Positions 51,266 to 60,845 of a stretch of DNA of 64,000 nt are shown piece by piece. Numbering within the stretch: the stretch's first letter is position 1; each line of letters starts with the position of its first letter. The position numbers were made by a program, and so were the translations under genes. Source of the stretch: Acidimicrobiia bacterium (GTDB lineage: Bacteria > Actinomycetota > Acidimicrobiia > IMCC26256 > BP-133); contig JBIOUX010000104.1 in assembly GCA_044867425.1 (NCBI GenBank), forward strand, positions 211 through 64,210. The letters are read 5' to 3'. Below the pieces are notes generated by a model. That model was not told the origin of the DNA, ran no database searches, and worked only from the letters and a program-made list of their open reading frames with translations.

Positions 51266-53887
51266 TCAGTACAGATAAGCGGCGGCTCCGACTGCCACCG
51301 GTGCCGCCGTGGCGGTGATGCCCGTGCGGAGGATCTCCTCGAGCACGTCGGCATCCACGGGGCGGGCCAGGTAGTAGCCCTGGGCCAAGTCGCACCCCAG
51401 CTGGCCGAGCACGTCCACCTGGGTGCCGGTCTCGACGCCTTCCGCCACCGCCTGCAGTTGCAGGGTCCGGGCCAGGGACACAATCGCTCCGACGAGAGAC
51501 GAATTGCTGTCGTCGGAGTCAATCCCTGCGATGAACGTCCGGTCGATCTTGAGGATGTCGATGGGAAAGCGCTGCAGGTAGCTGAGCGACGAGTACCCCG
51601 TTCCGAAGTCGTCGACGGCGAGTTTCACACCCAGCGCCTTGAGCGCTTCGAGCTTGGCGATGATGTTCTCGGTGTCGTGCATCATGGCGCCCTCGGTGAT
51701 CTCGAGCACGAGCGTCGACGGGGCCAGTCCCGAGAGCTCCAGGGCTTCGGCGATGTGCGAGATGAGCTCGTCGCCTTGCAACTGCCGGGGGGAGAGGTTG
51801 ACGCTGACCGTCAGCGGCGGCTCGTCGGGATGCTGGAGCTGCCAGCAACGGGTCCGGGTGCAGGCCTCGACCAGCACCTGCCGGCCCAGCTCGCAGATGA
51901 GGCCCGTCTCTTCGGCGATCGGGATGAAGGCGTTGGGCGGAAGCAGCCCTCGCTCGGGGTGGGACCAGCGGACGAGCGCTTCCACGCCGGAAATCCGCCC
52001 GGTGTCCAGGGTGACGATGGGCTGGTACTGGAGCGTGAGCTCGCCCCGGTCGAGGGCCCGCCGGAGGTCGGCCCGGATCTCGAGCCGTTCCATCGCCGCC
52101 GCGTGCATCTGCGGCTCGAAGATCTCGTAGCGTCGTTTGCCCCCACGCTTGGCCGTGTACATGGCGATGTCGGCGTTGCGGAGCAGCTGGCCGGTGGTGC
52201 TGTCGGGGTCGTGGAAGGCGATCCCGATGCTCGCTCCGACGACGATCTCCCTGCCGGCGACGGTGAAGGGCTGGTGCAGCACGTCGATCAGCCGGTCGGC
52301 CAAGCCGGTGGCGTCACTGTCGGACCCAAGGTCCTCGACGAGCAGGGCAAACTCGTCGCCGCCCAGCCGGGCAGCCGTGTCGGTGGCCCGCAGGGAGCCC
52401 CGGAGACGTTCCGCCACCGCGACCAGCAGCGCATCGCCGGCGGTGTGGCCCAAGCTGTCGTTGACCGTCTTGAAGTCGTCCAGGTCGACGAAGAGCACAG
52501 CCAGCTGGCGCTGGCGTCGGGCCGCCCGGCTCAGGGCGTGGGTCACCCGGTCCCGGAAGAGCGCCTGATTGGCGAGGCCGGTGAGCGAGTCATGGAACGC
52601 CTGGTGGGCCAGTTCCTGCTCCAGCCGCGTCCGCTCGGTGATGTCCCGGAAGCTCCACACCCGGCCCACGGGGAACCCATCCACCCGCTGCGGCTGCGAG
52701 TAGCGCTCGACGGTGCGCCCGTCGCGGAACTCGATCAGGTCGTGGCTGTTGGCCTCAGGCTGGGCGTAGAGCTCGCGGACCTTGGCCAGGAACGCCTCGG
52801 GGTCCTGGACCTGGGACAGCACGAAGGCGAGAGCCTCGTCGTCATCGCCGGTGCTGAGCAGCGACTCGGGAAGGCCCCACATCTCGACGAACTTGTGGTT
52901 GAAGCTCCGGATGCGGCCGTCTCGGTCGACGACGAGGATTCCGTCGGCGGTGGAGTCGAGCGTGGCGTTGAGGAGGGACAGCGTCTCGTGGATCTCCGCC
53001 TCGGCCCGTTTCCGCTCGGTGATGTCCTGAACGGTGCCCGATACGACCGCCGGTGCCCCACCCACCCGGGCGGTCACCGCGCCCCGGCCGTGGAGCCAGC
53101 GCACGGTCCCGTCGGGAAGGAGGATGCGGAAGTCAAGGGCATGGTCGGCCCCGGACTCGACGGCCTGGCGCAGTCCGGCCAGCGCGTCCTGGTCATCGGG
53201 GTGGACCCGGGAAAGGAGGGTCCTGGGCGAGGGGTTGACCTCGCCGGCGTCGACCCCGAACAGCCGGTACAGCTCGTCCGACCACACCAGGCGGCCGCTG
53301 ACGAGATCCAGTTCCCAGCTTCCGAGCCGGGCCACCGCCTGGGCTTCGGCGAGCCGTTCCTGCCGGTCGGCGGTGGCTCGCAGCAGCGTCTCGTTGAGTC
53401 GCCAGGAGACGAGGCCCGTGGCGCTCATCCCCAGGATGAAAGCGCCGTGCACTCCTGCCCACTGCCAGGGGTGGTTGATGGCGGGCTGGTGGTTGTAAAC
53501 GGTCGTCGGGTCGATGGCGCCGGCCATCCCGTGCTGGAGCACGACGTAAGCGATGGCGATGAGGAACGGCCGCCAGTCCTGGTAGAGGGTGACGACTCCG
53601 ACCATCACGAAATAGTGGAAGTGCATCTCGATGACGCCGCCAGAGAGGTGGACGAGCACCGCCGAGCTGGTGAGCAGGCCGAGGGAGGCCACAACGGTGC
53701 TCGGTCGCCGTCCGGACCGCAGGGCCGTCGCCACGGCGGCGAAGTTCGCCACCACGCCGGCCTCGAACAGGCTGTGCCCGACGCCTTGACCTTGGGCCAG
53801 GGCGTAGAGGAACAACCCCGGGACGTGCAGCCAGAGGACGACGAGAATCCCGCGATGCCGCTGGGCCCAGACGTTGTCGGGGAGCAT
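51266..53887 (-). CDS. Membrane sensor, two PAS domains, GGDEF and EAL (c-di-GMP turnover protein)
   Basis: RLGGDEFALL, GVEALVRW and DDFGTGYSSL. Two PAS-like segments. N-terminal multi-TM domain. Start is ATG 53887 (MLPDNVW) or the upstream ATG 54079. Confidence 0.9.
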   Translation of the reverse strand: MLPDNVWAQRHRGILVVLWLHVPGLFLYALAQGQGVGHSLFEAGVVANFAAVATALRSGRRPSTVVASLGLLTSSAVLVHLSGGVIEMHFHYFVMVGVVTLYQDWRPFLIAIAYVVLQHGMAGAIDPTTVYNHQPAINHPWQWAGVHGAFILGMSATGLVSWRLNETLLRATADRQERLAEAQAVARLGSWELDLVSGRLVWSDELYRLFGVDAGEVNPSPRTLLSRVHPDDQDALAGLRQAVESGADHALDFRILLPDGTVRWLHGRGAVTARVGGAPAVVSGTVQDITERKRAEAEIHETLSLLNATLDSTADGILVVDRDGRIRSFNHKFVEMWGLPESLLSTGDDDEALAFVLSQVQDPEAFLAKVRELYAQPEANSHDLIEFRDGRTVERYSQPQRVDGFPVGRVWSFRDITERTRLEQELAHQAFHDSLTGLANQALFRDRVTHALSRAARRQRQLAVLFVDLDDFKTVNDSLGHTAGDALLVAVAERLRGSLRATDTAARLGGDEFALLVEDLGSDSDATGLADRLIDVLHQPFTVAGREIVVGASIGIAFHDPDSTTGQLLRNADIAMYTAKRGGKRRYEIFEPQMHAAAMERLEIRADLRRALDRGELTLQYQPIVTLDTGRISGVEALVRWSHPERGLLPPNAFIPIAEETGLICELGRQVLVEACTRTRCWQLQHPDEPPLTVSVNLSPRQLQGDELISHIAEALELSGLAPSTLVLEITEGAMMHDTENIIAKLEALKALGVKLAVDDFGTGYSSLSYLQRFPIDILKIDRTFIAGIDSDDSNSSLVGAIVSLARTLQLQAVAEGVETGTQVDVLGQLGCDLAQGYYLARPVDADVLEEILRTGITATAAPVAVGAAAYLY

Positions 53888-54279
53888 GCTCCCCTTCGGC
53901 AGCCAGTTCCGGAGCCGACTGAGCCCTCGAGCGCCTGCCGGGCCGTGGTCGGGCGTGCTGCCGGCGTCCGTCAGGCCGTCCGGCGGGATGTGGATCGGTC
54001 GGGTCACGTTGCGCACTTCTCCACTTCGGTAGCCCGGCTGGCCCGGAGGGCCCCGTGGCTTTGCGTCCCCGCCTCGCAACGGGTTTGCCCTTTTCTTGTC
54101 ATCGGGGTATCGGTTCGCAACAAAAATTCCTTGACTGGTAATTGCTGGGCTGGTCGCGATGCTCAGAAGTCGCTCACCTGCGACATCGCCCGTCCACTGA
54201 TCGCCAGCTCGTGTGGCCTGTCACATGACCGCCGCCGACATGTCGCACCGGCTAGAACCGCGATGAGCCGGAGGAAGGG

Positions 54280-57200
54280 GTGGGAGTGGAGGTAGGGCAG
54301 CCGGGCGCGGCTCCGGAGCGGGCGGAGGGTCGACCGGCCAAGCTGCGCATCCGCGTCCTCGGTGGTCTCGATGTCGACGGGGTCGCCGAGCGGGATCTCG
54401 GGAGTCGCAAGGCCCGGACACTGGTGAAGCTGCTGGCCCTGGCCCGCGGGGTGCCGGTCGCCACCGACCGGATCGCCAACGTGCTCTGGGGGGAGAGGCT
54501 GCCGGCTCAACCGGCCGATCAGGTGGGGGTCCTCGTGTCGCGCCTGCGGGGCGTGCTCGGGCCCGAGCGGATCCCCCGCTCGGGCGCGGGGTACGCCCTG
54601 GTGGCCGACTGGCTGGACACCGATGAGCTCGGGATGCGGGCGGAGGAGTCGGCCGCCCGCCTCGCGGCCGGCCAGTTCGCCGCCGCCCGGGCGGCCGCCG
54701 AAGCGGCCCTGACGTTGGCCCGGGGGCCGCTGCTCCCCGACGAGGACGGGGAGTGGGTGCAAGCCGACAGGGCAGCCGTGGCTCGGGCCGTGGCGGGCGT
54801 CCGCCGGACGCTGGCGGAGGCGGCCGCGGCCCTCGGAGACCACGGGACGGCGGCGGCGGCCGCCGAGGCCACCCTCGACCACGATCCCTACGACGAGGCG
54901 GCTCTCGGCCTCCTCATGCGGGCCCACGTGGCCGCCGGGCGGCCGGCTTCGGCGCTCGCCGCCTACGCCCGGCTCCGGGAACGGCTCGCCGAGGACCTCG
55001 GTGTCTCCCCCACCCCGGCCACCGAGGCGCTGCACACCTCGATCCTGCGGGGGGAGGAAGTTGTTCCCCGCCGCCCCGCCCGGCCGGCCACGGTCGCGCC
55101 GGAGCTGGTTGGGCGGAAGCCCGAGATGAGCAGGCTCGAGGACCTGCTGGCCCGGGCGGCATCCGGAGCCGCGGTGAGCGTCGTGGTCGAAGGTGAGGCC
55201 GGCATCGGCAAATCGGCCCTGGTCGGTGCTTTCGCCGCCCGGGCCGCGGCCGGCGGGTCCGTCGTTCTCACCGGTCGCTGCGACGAGCTCGGGCGGGAGC
55301 TGCCCCTCCAGCCCGTCCTCGACGCCCTCGACGCCTATTTGGCTCCCCTCGGCGACGCCGCCGCAGGTGTGCTCGGCGATGAGACCACGGTGCTACGGCC
55401 CTTGCTGGCCGGTCACCTCCCGGGCGTGGCCGGCCCCACCCTGATGGGCGACGCCACCTCCGGGCAGGCCACGCTGTTCGCCGCCCTGCGCAGCGTCCTC
55501 AACCGCCTGGCGGAAGGCGGGCCCGGTCCGGTGGTCCTCGCCGTGGAGGATGTGCACCTGGCGTCCGCCACCACACTGGAATGGCTGGCCGCCGCCGCCC
55601 GCCGGGGGCGCCGCCTACTGGTGATCGCCACCCGCCGGCCCGAGGGACCGACGTTGCCCGACGCCGAGGTCGTCACCCTGGGGCCGCTGGATCTCGACGC
55701 CGCCGCCACCCTCGTCGGCCCCGACCGGGCGCCCGCCCTCCATGCCCGCAGCGGCGGCCATCCGCTGTTCCTCGTCGAGCTGGCCCACGCCGCCGCCGGC
55801 GAGCTGCCCCACAGCATCCGCCAGGCGGTGGCCGAACGGGCCGACCGGCTGGGGCCGGCGGGGGCGACCCTGCGGGCGGCGGCCGCCCTCGGGCCCGAAC
55901 TGGACCTCGACCTGCTCGGCTCCGTGCTCGGCCTGGCCCTGGGGGACCTGCTGTCCCAGCTCGAGACCGGTCTCACCGCCCGGCTGCTGGCCGAGCGCGG
56001 CGGGTCTCTGGCCTTCTCCCACGAGCTGGTGCGCGAAGCCCTGGCCGGAGCCACCACCGCACCGCGCCGGGCCTGGCTGCACCGGGAGGCCGCCGCCGTG
56101 CTCGCCGCCCGTCCCCGTTCCGACCCCCTGGCCGTCGCCTGGCACGCCCGCCAGGGGGGCGACGCGCCGGCGGCGGCCGCCGCTCTCGGGGCCGGCGCCC
56201 GGATCGCCGGAGCACGCTTCGAGCTGGGCGAGGCCGAGCGCCTCCTCGACGACGGCATCCGGCTCGAGGACACCATCCCCCTCCGCCTGGCCCGGGCCCG
56301 GGTGCGTCTCGCCCGCTTCGATCTGGTGGGCGCCCGGGCCGACGCCGAGGCCGCCCTGGCCGCCGGCGCCGGGGTGGAGGCCCTGGAGGTGGCGGGGTGG
56401 GTCGCCTACTACGGGCGGGACCACGACGCCGCCCGCCGCTATGCCGACGAGGGTGTGGCCCGAGCTGACGACCCGGCTCTGCGCGCCAGCTGCCTGGCCC
56501 TCGCCGGTCGCCACCGGCACTCCCGAGGAGAGCTGGCCGACGCCGAGTCGTGTCTGGTGGAGGCCACCGCCGCCCCCACGCCGGTGCGGGCCGTGGCCCA
56601 GATCTGGCTGGGGGCGCTGCGCGCCCACCAGGGCCGGCCCGACGAAGCCGCCGACCTGGTGGGACGGGGACTCGTCGACCCCGGCGCCATCGGCCATCCC
56701 TTCGCCCCGTTGCACGCGCTGTTCGTCCGCTGCCACGCCGCCGGGATCGCCGGACGCCTCGACCTGGCCTTCCGCTCGGCGTCCGACCTCGCCGCCGAGG
56801 TGGCCCGCCAGGGCCAGCAAGCGGCCCGTTTCCGGCCCGTCCTCCAGAACCTGCGGGCCTGGCTGCTGCGGGCCACCGGCCAGTGGCCGGCCGCCGACGA
56901 CGCCAGCGCCGAGGCCCTTGAGCTGGGGGCGGCGGTCGGCTTCGGCGAGCCGGGAGCGCACGCCGTCCTCGACCTGGCCGACGGTCGCCTGCGAGCAGGC
57001 GATGACGACGGCACCGCCCGGTGGCTCGCTCAGGCGAGCGACATGACCGCCGACGACGGGGCCACGATGGCGTGGCACCAGCGCCAGCGCCTCGCCTGGC
57101 TGCGCGGCCGGTTGGCCCTGGCCACCGGCGATCCGGCCGCCGCCGCCGCCGAGGCCGCGGCGTTGGTGGCCGACGCCCGCACCCGAGGCACCCGGCGCTA

Positions 57201-57480
57201 CCAGCTGCTGGGCCGGGCGCTGGCCGCCCTGGCCGGCGACGGGACCGACCACGAGGCGATCGAGGCGCTGCTGGGCGAGCTGGACCGGGTGGCGGCTCCC
57301 GAGGCCTGGTGGGTGACGGCCGAGCTGGCCGCCGCCCAGGATATCGACCGGTGGCGCTCGGCGGCGGAACGCCGGGCGGCGGTCCTGGTGGCGGCGGCGA
57401 CGGGGATTCCCGGGGTCGACGCCGACACCGTCGGCCGGGCCTTGCGGGCCGAGCTCGACCGGGCCGTCCGCCCTCGCTGA
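54280..57480 (+). CDS. SARP/AfsR-type regulator with BTAD, AAA ATPase and TPR (paralogue type of 45902-48802)
   Basis: LRIRVLGGLDV...RTLVKLLALARGVPVATDRIANVLWG. BTAD: DPYDEAALGLLMRAHVAAGRPASALAAYARLRERLAEDLGVSP. Walker A: VEGEAGIGKSALV. Confidence 0.85.
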   Translation: MGVEVGQPGAAPERAEGRPAKLRIRVLGGLDVDGVAERDLGSRKARTLVKLLALARGVPVATDRIANVLWGERLPAQPADQVGVLVSRLRGVLGPERIPRSGAGYALVADWLDTDELGMRAEESAARLAAGQFAAARAAAEAALTLARGPLLPDEDGEWVQADRAAVARAVAGVRRTLAEAAAALGDHGTAAAAAEATLDHDPYDEAALGLLMRAHVAAGRPASALAAYARLRERLAEDLGVSPTPATEALHTSILRGEEVVPRRPARPATVAPELVGRKPEMSRLEDLLARAASGAAVSVVVEGEAGIGKSALVGAFAARAAAGGSVVLTGRCDELGRELPLQPVLDALDAYLAPLGDAAAGVLGDETTVLRPLLAGHLPGVAGPTLMGDATSGQATLFAALRSVLNRLAEGGPGPVVLAVEDVHLASATTLEWLAAAARRGRRLLVIATRRPEGPTLPDAEVVTLGPLDLDAAATLVGPDRAPALHARSGGHPLFLVELAHAAAGELPHSIRQAVAERADRLGPAGATLRAAAALGPELDLDLLGSVLGLALGDLLSQLETGLTARLLAERGGSLAFSHELVREALAGATTAPRRAWLHREAAAVLAARPRSDPLAVAWHARQGGDAPAAAAALGAGARIAGARFELGEAERLLDDGIRLEDTIPLRLARARVRLARFDLVGARADAEAALAAGAGVEALEVAGWVAYYGRDHDAARRYADEGVARADDPALRASCLALAGRHRHSRGELADAESCLVEATAAPTPVRAVAQIWLGALRAHQGRPDEAADLVGRGLVDPGAIGHPFAPLHALFVRCHAAGIAGRLDLAFRSASDLAAEVARQGQQAARFRPVLQNLRAWLLRATGQWPAADDASAEALELGAAVGFGEPGAHAVLDLADGRLRAGDDDGTARWLAQASDMTADDGATMAWHQRQRLAWLRGRLALATGDPAAAAAEAAALVADARTRGTRRYQLLGRALAALAGDGTDHEAIEALLGELDRVAAPEAWWVTAELAAAQDIDRWRSAAERRAAVLVAAATGIPGVDADTVGRALRAELDRAVRPR

Positions 57481-57493
57481 GGGCCCCACCCCG

Positions 57494-57880
57494 TCAGCCC
57501 GCCGGCACCGCCGCTCCCATCTCCGCCAGCAGGGCGGCGCTCCAGCGCCCGCCGCACCAGACGCGGTCGCGGGCGATGGTGCCGTCGGGGGCCAGGGACA
57601 GCAGGTGGCAGTGGTGGGCGGCGTAGGGGACGCCGTCCTCTTCCCACACCAGGAAGTAGCTCACCGCCTCGCCTCCCGCCGTGGGCCGGCGGTCGAGCTC
57701 CTCGAAGCGGGCGGGGTGGCGGAACCAGCCGTCGTACACGGCGACGATGGCCGCCGCCCCCGACGCCCCGAAGCGCCAGTTGGGAACGGTGGCGTCGAGC
57801 GTGGCGCCCTCGGCGTAGCAGGCGGGAGGGATCCCGGTGCCGGCCTCGACGGCGTGGAGGAACGTATCGATCGCAGCCAT
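57494..57880 (-). CDS. Small NTF2/SnoaL-like fold protein
   Basis: 128 aa with host-like codon bias. N-terminus MAAIDTFLHAVEAG and overall pattern resemble SnoaL-like proteins. Weak call. Confidence 0.4.
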   Translation of the reverse strand: MAAIDTFLHAVEAGTGIPPACYAEGATLDATVPNWRFGASGAAAIVAVYDGWFRHPARFEELDRRPTAGGEAVSYFLVWEEDGVPYAAHHCHLLSLAPDGTIARDRVWCGGRWSAALLAEMGAAVPAG

Positions 57881-57990
57881 GCCGGGAGCGTCGCGCCGGG
57901 GCCCTGCAGCAACCCTGCAACGGCGGTGCAGGCTCCGTGCAGGGCACGGAGCGGATGGTGGGCGACACCACCGATCACAGGAGGAGCACG

Positions 57991-58267
57991 ATGACCACCA
58001 CGACCGTCGACCCGTCCGCCATCGAGGCTTTCGTCCACCGCTTCGCCGCCGACCGGGCCGCCGTCGCCCATGCCGCCACCGTCGTCATCGGCGTCCACGC
58101 TGGTGTGCACTCCCGCATCCCGGGCCGAGGGCGGACCGACGGCGGCGTGCCTGGGTGCCCAGGCCGGAGAGGCCCGCCTGGCCGAGGTGTGCCGGAACGC
58201 CGGCTTCACCCGCTTCCGCCGGGCCACGGAGACCCCGTTCAACATCGTCCTCGAAGCCCGGCCGTGA
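57991..58267 (+). pseudogene. Internally deleted methyltransferase remnant (N-terminal about 35 aa joined out of frame to the C-terminal about 60 aa)
   Basis: ATG 57991 after AGGAGGAG gives MTTTTVDPSAIEAFVHRFAADRAAVAHAATVVIG. A different frame (track ORF 58070..58267) ends STLVCTPASRAEGGP...LGAQAGEARLAEVCRNAGFTRFRRATETPFNIVLEARP, which is a typical C-terminus of a class I methyltransferase family. The SAM-binding core is absent. Confidence 0.5.
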
Positions 58268-58310
58268 GCACCTGACGTTGCTCGGGGCAGGCGAGGGCGC
58301 AGCCGACGCC

Positions 58311-58338
58311 GAAGGCCGGTTCCGCGGAGCCGGCCTTC
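58311..58338. terminator. Near-perfect 28-nt palindromic hairpin (bidirectional terminator candidate)
   Basis: GAAGGCCGG (58311-58319) pairs with CCGGCCTTC (58330-58338). The inner TCCGCGGA is itself self-complementary. It lies between the methyltransferase remnant and the tRNA-like fragment. Confidence 0.5.
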
Positions 58339-58348
58339 GCTGATTCGA

Positions 58349-58423
58349 TGGTGGCGGGGGCGGGAGTTGAACCCGCGACCTTCGGGTTCTGAGCCCCAAG
58401 TTCCTCGTGTGCTCTTGACCGCC
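58349..58423 (-). pseudogene. tRNA-derived fragment: intact 3-prime half (anticodon arm, T-arm, acceptor 3-prime strand, ACCA) with a degenerate 5-prime half
   Basis: The reverse complement ends ...TGGGG-CTCAGAA-CCCGA-AGGTC-GCGGG-TTCAACT-CCCGC-CCCCGCC-A-CCA. The T-arm is perfect. The anticodon stem has one G-G mismatch. The expected 5-prime acceptor GGCGGGG reads GGCGGTC, and no D-arm can be folded. Confidence 0.5.
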
Positions 58424-58437
58424 GTCGTTCACGCGGC

Positions 58438-58448
58438 TGGTGGCGGGG
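58438..58448. repeat. 11-nt direct repeat of the tRNA 3-prime end (TGGTGGCGGGG; first copy at 58349-58359)
   Basis: Exact 11-nt match, 89 nt apart, in the same orientation. Confidence 0.6.
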
Positions 58449-58620
58449 TCCACGCGGGCGTTCTGCGAAGAGCATCTTGCCCCTCGCGGCGTGGTCACAT
58501 CACGCCCCGATGCGCCCAAAAGGGATAAAGGGTTTACCGGAAGGGAGGTCCGGGTCGTTCCCGGGGTAACTGTCTGGCAACGCCGCTTCCCGGCCCGAGG
58601 CCGAAGGAACAAGGAGTCGG

Positions 58621-60318
58621 ATGGCAACTCGGCGGGCAAGGAGCCAGACCGAACAAGACGGTTTCACGATCGTCGAGTCGATGGTCGCCCTGGGGCTCGT
58701 CTTCGGCGTGCTGATCAGTCTGCTCTCCGCCCTCGGCACCGGCGTGCGGGGGGTGGTGACCGGCCGGCAGCGCAGCGTCGCGACCTCCATCGCCAACGAG
58801 GTGATGGAGACCGCCAGGAGCCGGTCCTACTCCGAAGTCGGCCACGACCTCGACTCCGATCCCACCCTGGCGTCCGACCCCGCCATTCAGGGATCGGTTC
58901 CCAACCTTGTGTTCACCGGCCTCAGCCCGATACCAGGCGAGCCGCTGGCCGGCTCCATCGTCGACGCCGGGGCCGCCGCCGGGAGCACCACCAACCCGCT
59001 GTTCCCGTTCAGTCCCCACCGCTGGCAGACGGTCCGGGAGGGCACCACCTACACGGCCTCCGTCTATGTCACCCGGGTCACTCCCTCCTCGGGTGATCCC
59101 TATCGGCGGCTCACGGTGTCGGTCATCTGGCAGCGGAGCCCGGACGCCACCTCGGCCACGCTCGGCGAGGTCCGGCTGTCGTCCTATCTCTTCAACGCCA
59201 TCCAGCCTCCCGATCCGCTCTTCGCCGGTCTGGCCGAGGCTGACGCCGGAACCGTCACCGTCACCGGCACGCTCGCCGGGATCGACCTGTCCGATGCGCG
59301 CCTGTGGTTCCCCTTCGCCCATGGGGAGGTCGACTCCCGATTCATCCGCCGGGTCACGGGCTTCGCCGGCACCGCCCGCGCGCTCATGAACCTGCATTCG
59401 GGCTCGGTATCGGGCTGCACGGCGAGCAACGGCGGGCTGACCGGGGAGTGCACGGGGACGAAGGCGGAGACCGGCTCCGACAACGATGCGGCTACCGCTC
59501 CCGCCGACCACGACAGCGCCGGGCCGGCCAGCGACCCCGGGGGCGCTCTGGGCGCCGGGGGAAAGCTGACCTTCGCCCTGGGCGCCGGGAGCGCCCGTTC
59601 CCTCAGCACGGCCCGCTCGTGCTGGTCCTGTTATGGCACCGGGATCGACGACGACGACCGGCTTCCCTACCAGTGGGGGCAGGCCACCGGCCCGGACAGC
59701 CTCTCTCTGGGGTTCACGGCCGGGCCGGTGGCGGGATCGTTGCTCACCTCGGCGACGGCGTGCTCGACCTGCTCCACCGTCACCCTCGACCGGGACGACG
59801 TGAGCGGCGCCACCCGCCTGCTCAGCACCGCCGCCGTCGCCCACCCCTCCATCGACCTCGCCCCCCTCGACGGCGGGCCAGCCGGGTACGCCGGGATGGT
59901 CCGGGTCGGCGCCACCAGCGTCGGCACCACGGCCACCTCCGGGCCCGGCGCGCTGGCGCCGTCGTTCACCGCCAGCCCGGTCGGCGTGCAGATCTACGAC
60001 ACGACCATGCCGACCCCGGGATACCGGGCGCTGCTGATCACACCGGGCACGCCGTCAGAGGCGACCGGCCACGCCGAGATGCTGGTGAGCGGGGCCCAGG
60101 TGGTCATGGACACCACCGTCCGCTCAGGGCCGGCGGTGACCCTGTCGACGGTCGGCGGCGGGGCGCTCACCGAGGCCCAGGCCAGCCTGAGCAACTGGCT
60201 CTCGGTCGATGTCCACCTCGTCGTCACCGACCCCACCGGCACGCTCGCCGACCTCACGGTCTCGCTCGACTACGGCCGGGTGACCACCCGGGCCACCTAC
60301 CAGCCGGCACCGGCATGA
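58621..60318 (+). CDS. Large (565 aa) pilin-like protein with a type IV prepilin signal
   Basis: AAGGAG then ATG. N-terminus ...TEQDG/FTIVESMVALGLVFGVLISLL has G-1, F+1 and E+5. The first 170 aa or so are PilV/minor-pilin-like (YRRLTVSVIW). The rest has no motif I recognise. Confidence 0.75.
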   Translation: MATRRARSQTEQDGFTIVESMVALGLVFGVLISLLSALGTGVRGVVTGRQRSVATSIANEVMETARSRSYSEVGHDLDSDPTLASDPAIQGSVPNLVFTGLSPIPGEPLAGSIVDAGAAAGSTTNPLFPFSPHRWQTVREGTTYTASVYVTRVTPSSGDPYRRLTVSVIWQRSPDATSATLGEVRLSSYLFNAIQPPDPLFAGLAEADAGTVTVTGTLAGIDLSDARLWFPFAHGEVDSRFIRRVTGFAGTARALMNLHSGSVSGCTASNGGLTGECTGTKAETGSDNDAATAPADHDSAGPASDPGGALGAGGKLTFALGAGSARSLSTARSCWSCYGTGIDDDDRLPYQWGQATGPDSLSLGFTAGPVAGSLLTSATACSTCSTVTLDRDDVSGATRLLSTAAVAHPSIDLAPLDGGPAGYAGMVRVGATSVGTTATSGPGALAPSFTASPVGVQIYDTTMPTPGYRALLITPGTPSEATGHAEMLVSGAQVVMDTTVRSGPAVTLSTVGGGALTEAQASLSNWLSVDVHLVVTDPTGTLADLTVSLDYGRVTTRATYQPAPA

Positions 60319-60845
60319 CGGGCGGCCGACAGCAAAGGGGCGAGGCCGGAATGTCACTGGTCGAGATCCTGGTGGCCATGGCCCTCATGGCGGCCATCGT
60401 GCCGGTCTTCGCTCCGCTGCTCGTGTCGGCCACGAGGAACGCCCAGTCGCTGAGCGCCCAGTCGCAGGCCCTCGACGAGCTGCGGGCGGCGGTGGCCACC
60501 ATCGGGCGGGAGCTGCGCTCAGCCGAATGCATCCCGGAGCCAGCTCCCAACGGGCCGGCCGGGCCGACGCTGCGCTTCCTGACCAACGCCTTCCTGACCG
60601 ACGCCAGCACCACCGCCTACGAGGTCACCTATTCGGTGGCCGGCGACGAGCTCCGGCGCCAGGTCACCGGAGGCGGGACCACCATCGCGGCGAGCGGCCT
60701 GGTCGACGCCTCCAACACCTTCCAGCAGGTGGTCACCCCCCGACGCAGTGTGAAGGTCGCCCTCCGGATCCAAGCCGGGCCCGAGGAGCCGGTGCGGGAT
60801 GTCACCACCACGATCGCCGGGAGGAACGCATGGCGGGACTGCTGA
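60315..60845 (+). CDS. Pilin/pseudopilin-like protein
   Basis: ATGA overlap at 60315. MTGGRQQRGEAG/MSLVEILVAMALMAAIV has G-1 and E+5. In frame with track ORF 59304..60845. Confidence 0.7.
   Translation: MTGGRQQRGEAGMSLVEILVAMALMAAIVPVFAPLLVSATRNAQSLSAQSQALDELRAAVATIGRELRSAECIPEPAPNGPAGPTLRFLTNAFLTDASTTAYEVTYSVAGDELRRQVTGGGTTIAASGLVDASNTFQQVVTPRRSVKVALRIQAGPEEPVRDVTTTIAGRNAWRDC

Noticed and set aside
50543-54295. 1250-aa plus-strand ORF opposite the GGDEF-EAL gene. The same applies to 49323..51050 (minus), 43337..45832 (plus, N-terminal 550 aa), 46407..48176 (minus), 46523..48154 (plus), 55615..57489 (minus) and 40211..41818 (minus)
   Set aside because: Low-complexity Arg/Gly/Pro composition, no recognisable domains, and each lies antisense or out of frame to a gene with clear motifs.
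58349-58423. Calling the element a functional tRNA-Leu(CAG), a tmRNA 3-prime domain, or tRNA-Sec
   Set aside because: No D-arm or 5-prime acceptor strand can be paired. The variable region is a class I 5-nt loop, which is incompatible with bacterial tRNA-Leu. Position 70 is G, not the U needed for the G3-U70 Ala identity of tmRNA. The anticodon reads CAG, not UCA.
58440-58620. Possible riboswitch, for example c-di-GMP class, in the 180-nt leader of the pilin operon
   Set aside because: A nested hairpin can be drawn (TTACC 58534-58538 with GGTAA 58565-58569, enclosing CCGGG-TCGTT-CCCGG). I could not match any riboswitch consensus from memory, so it is left as an unassigned structured leader.
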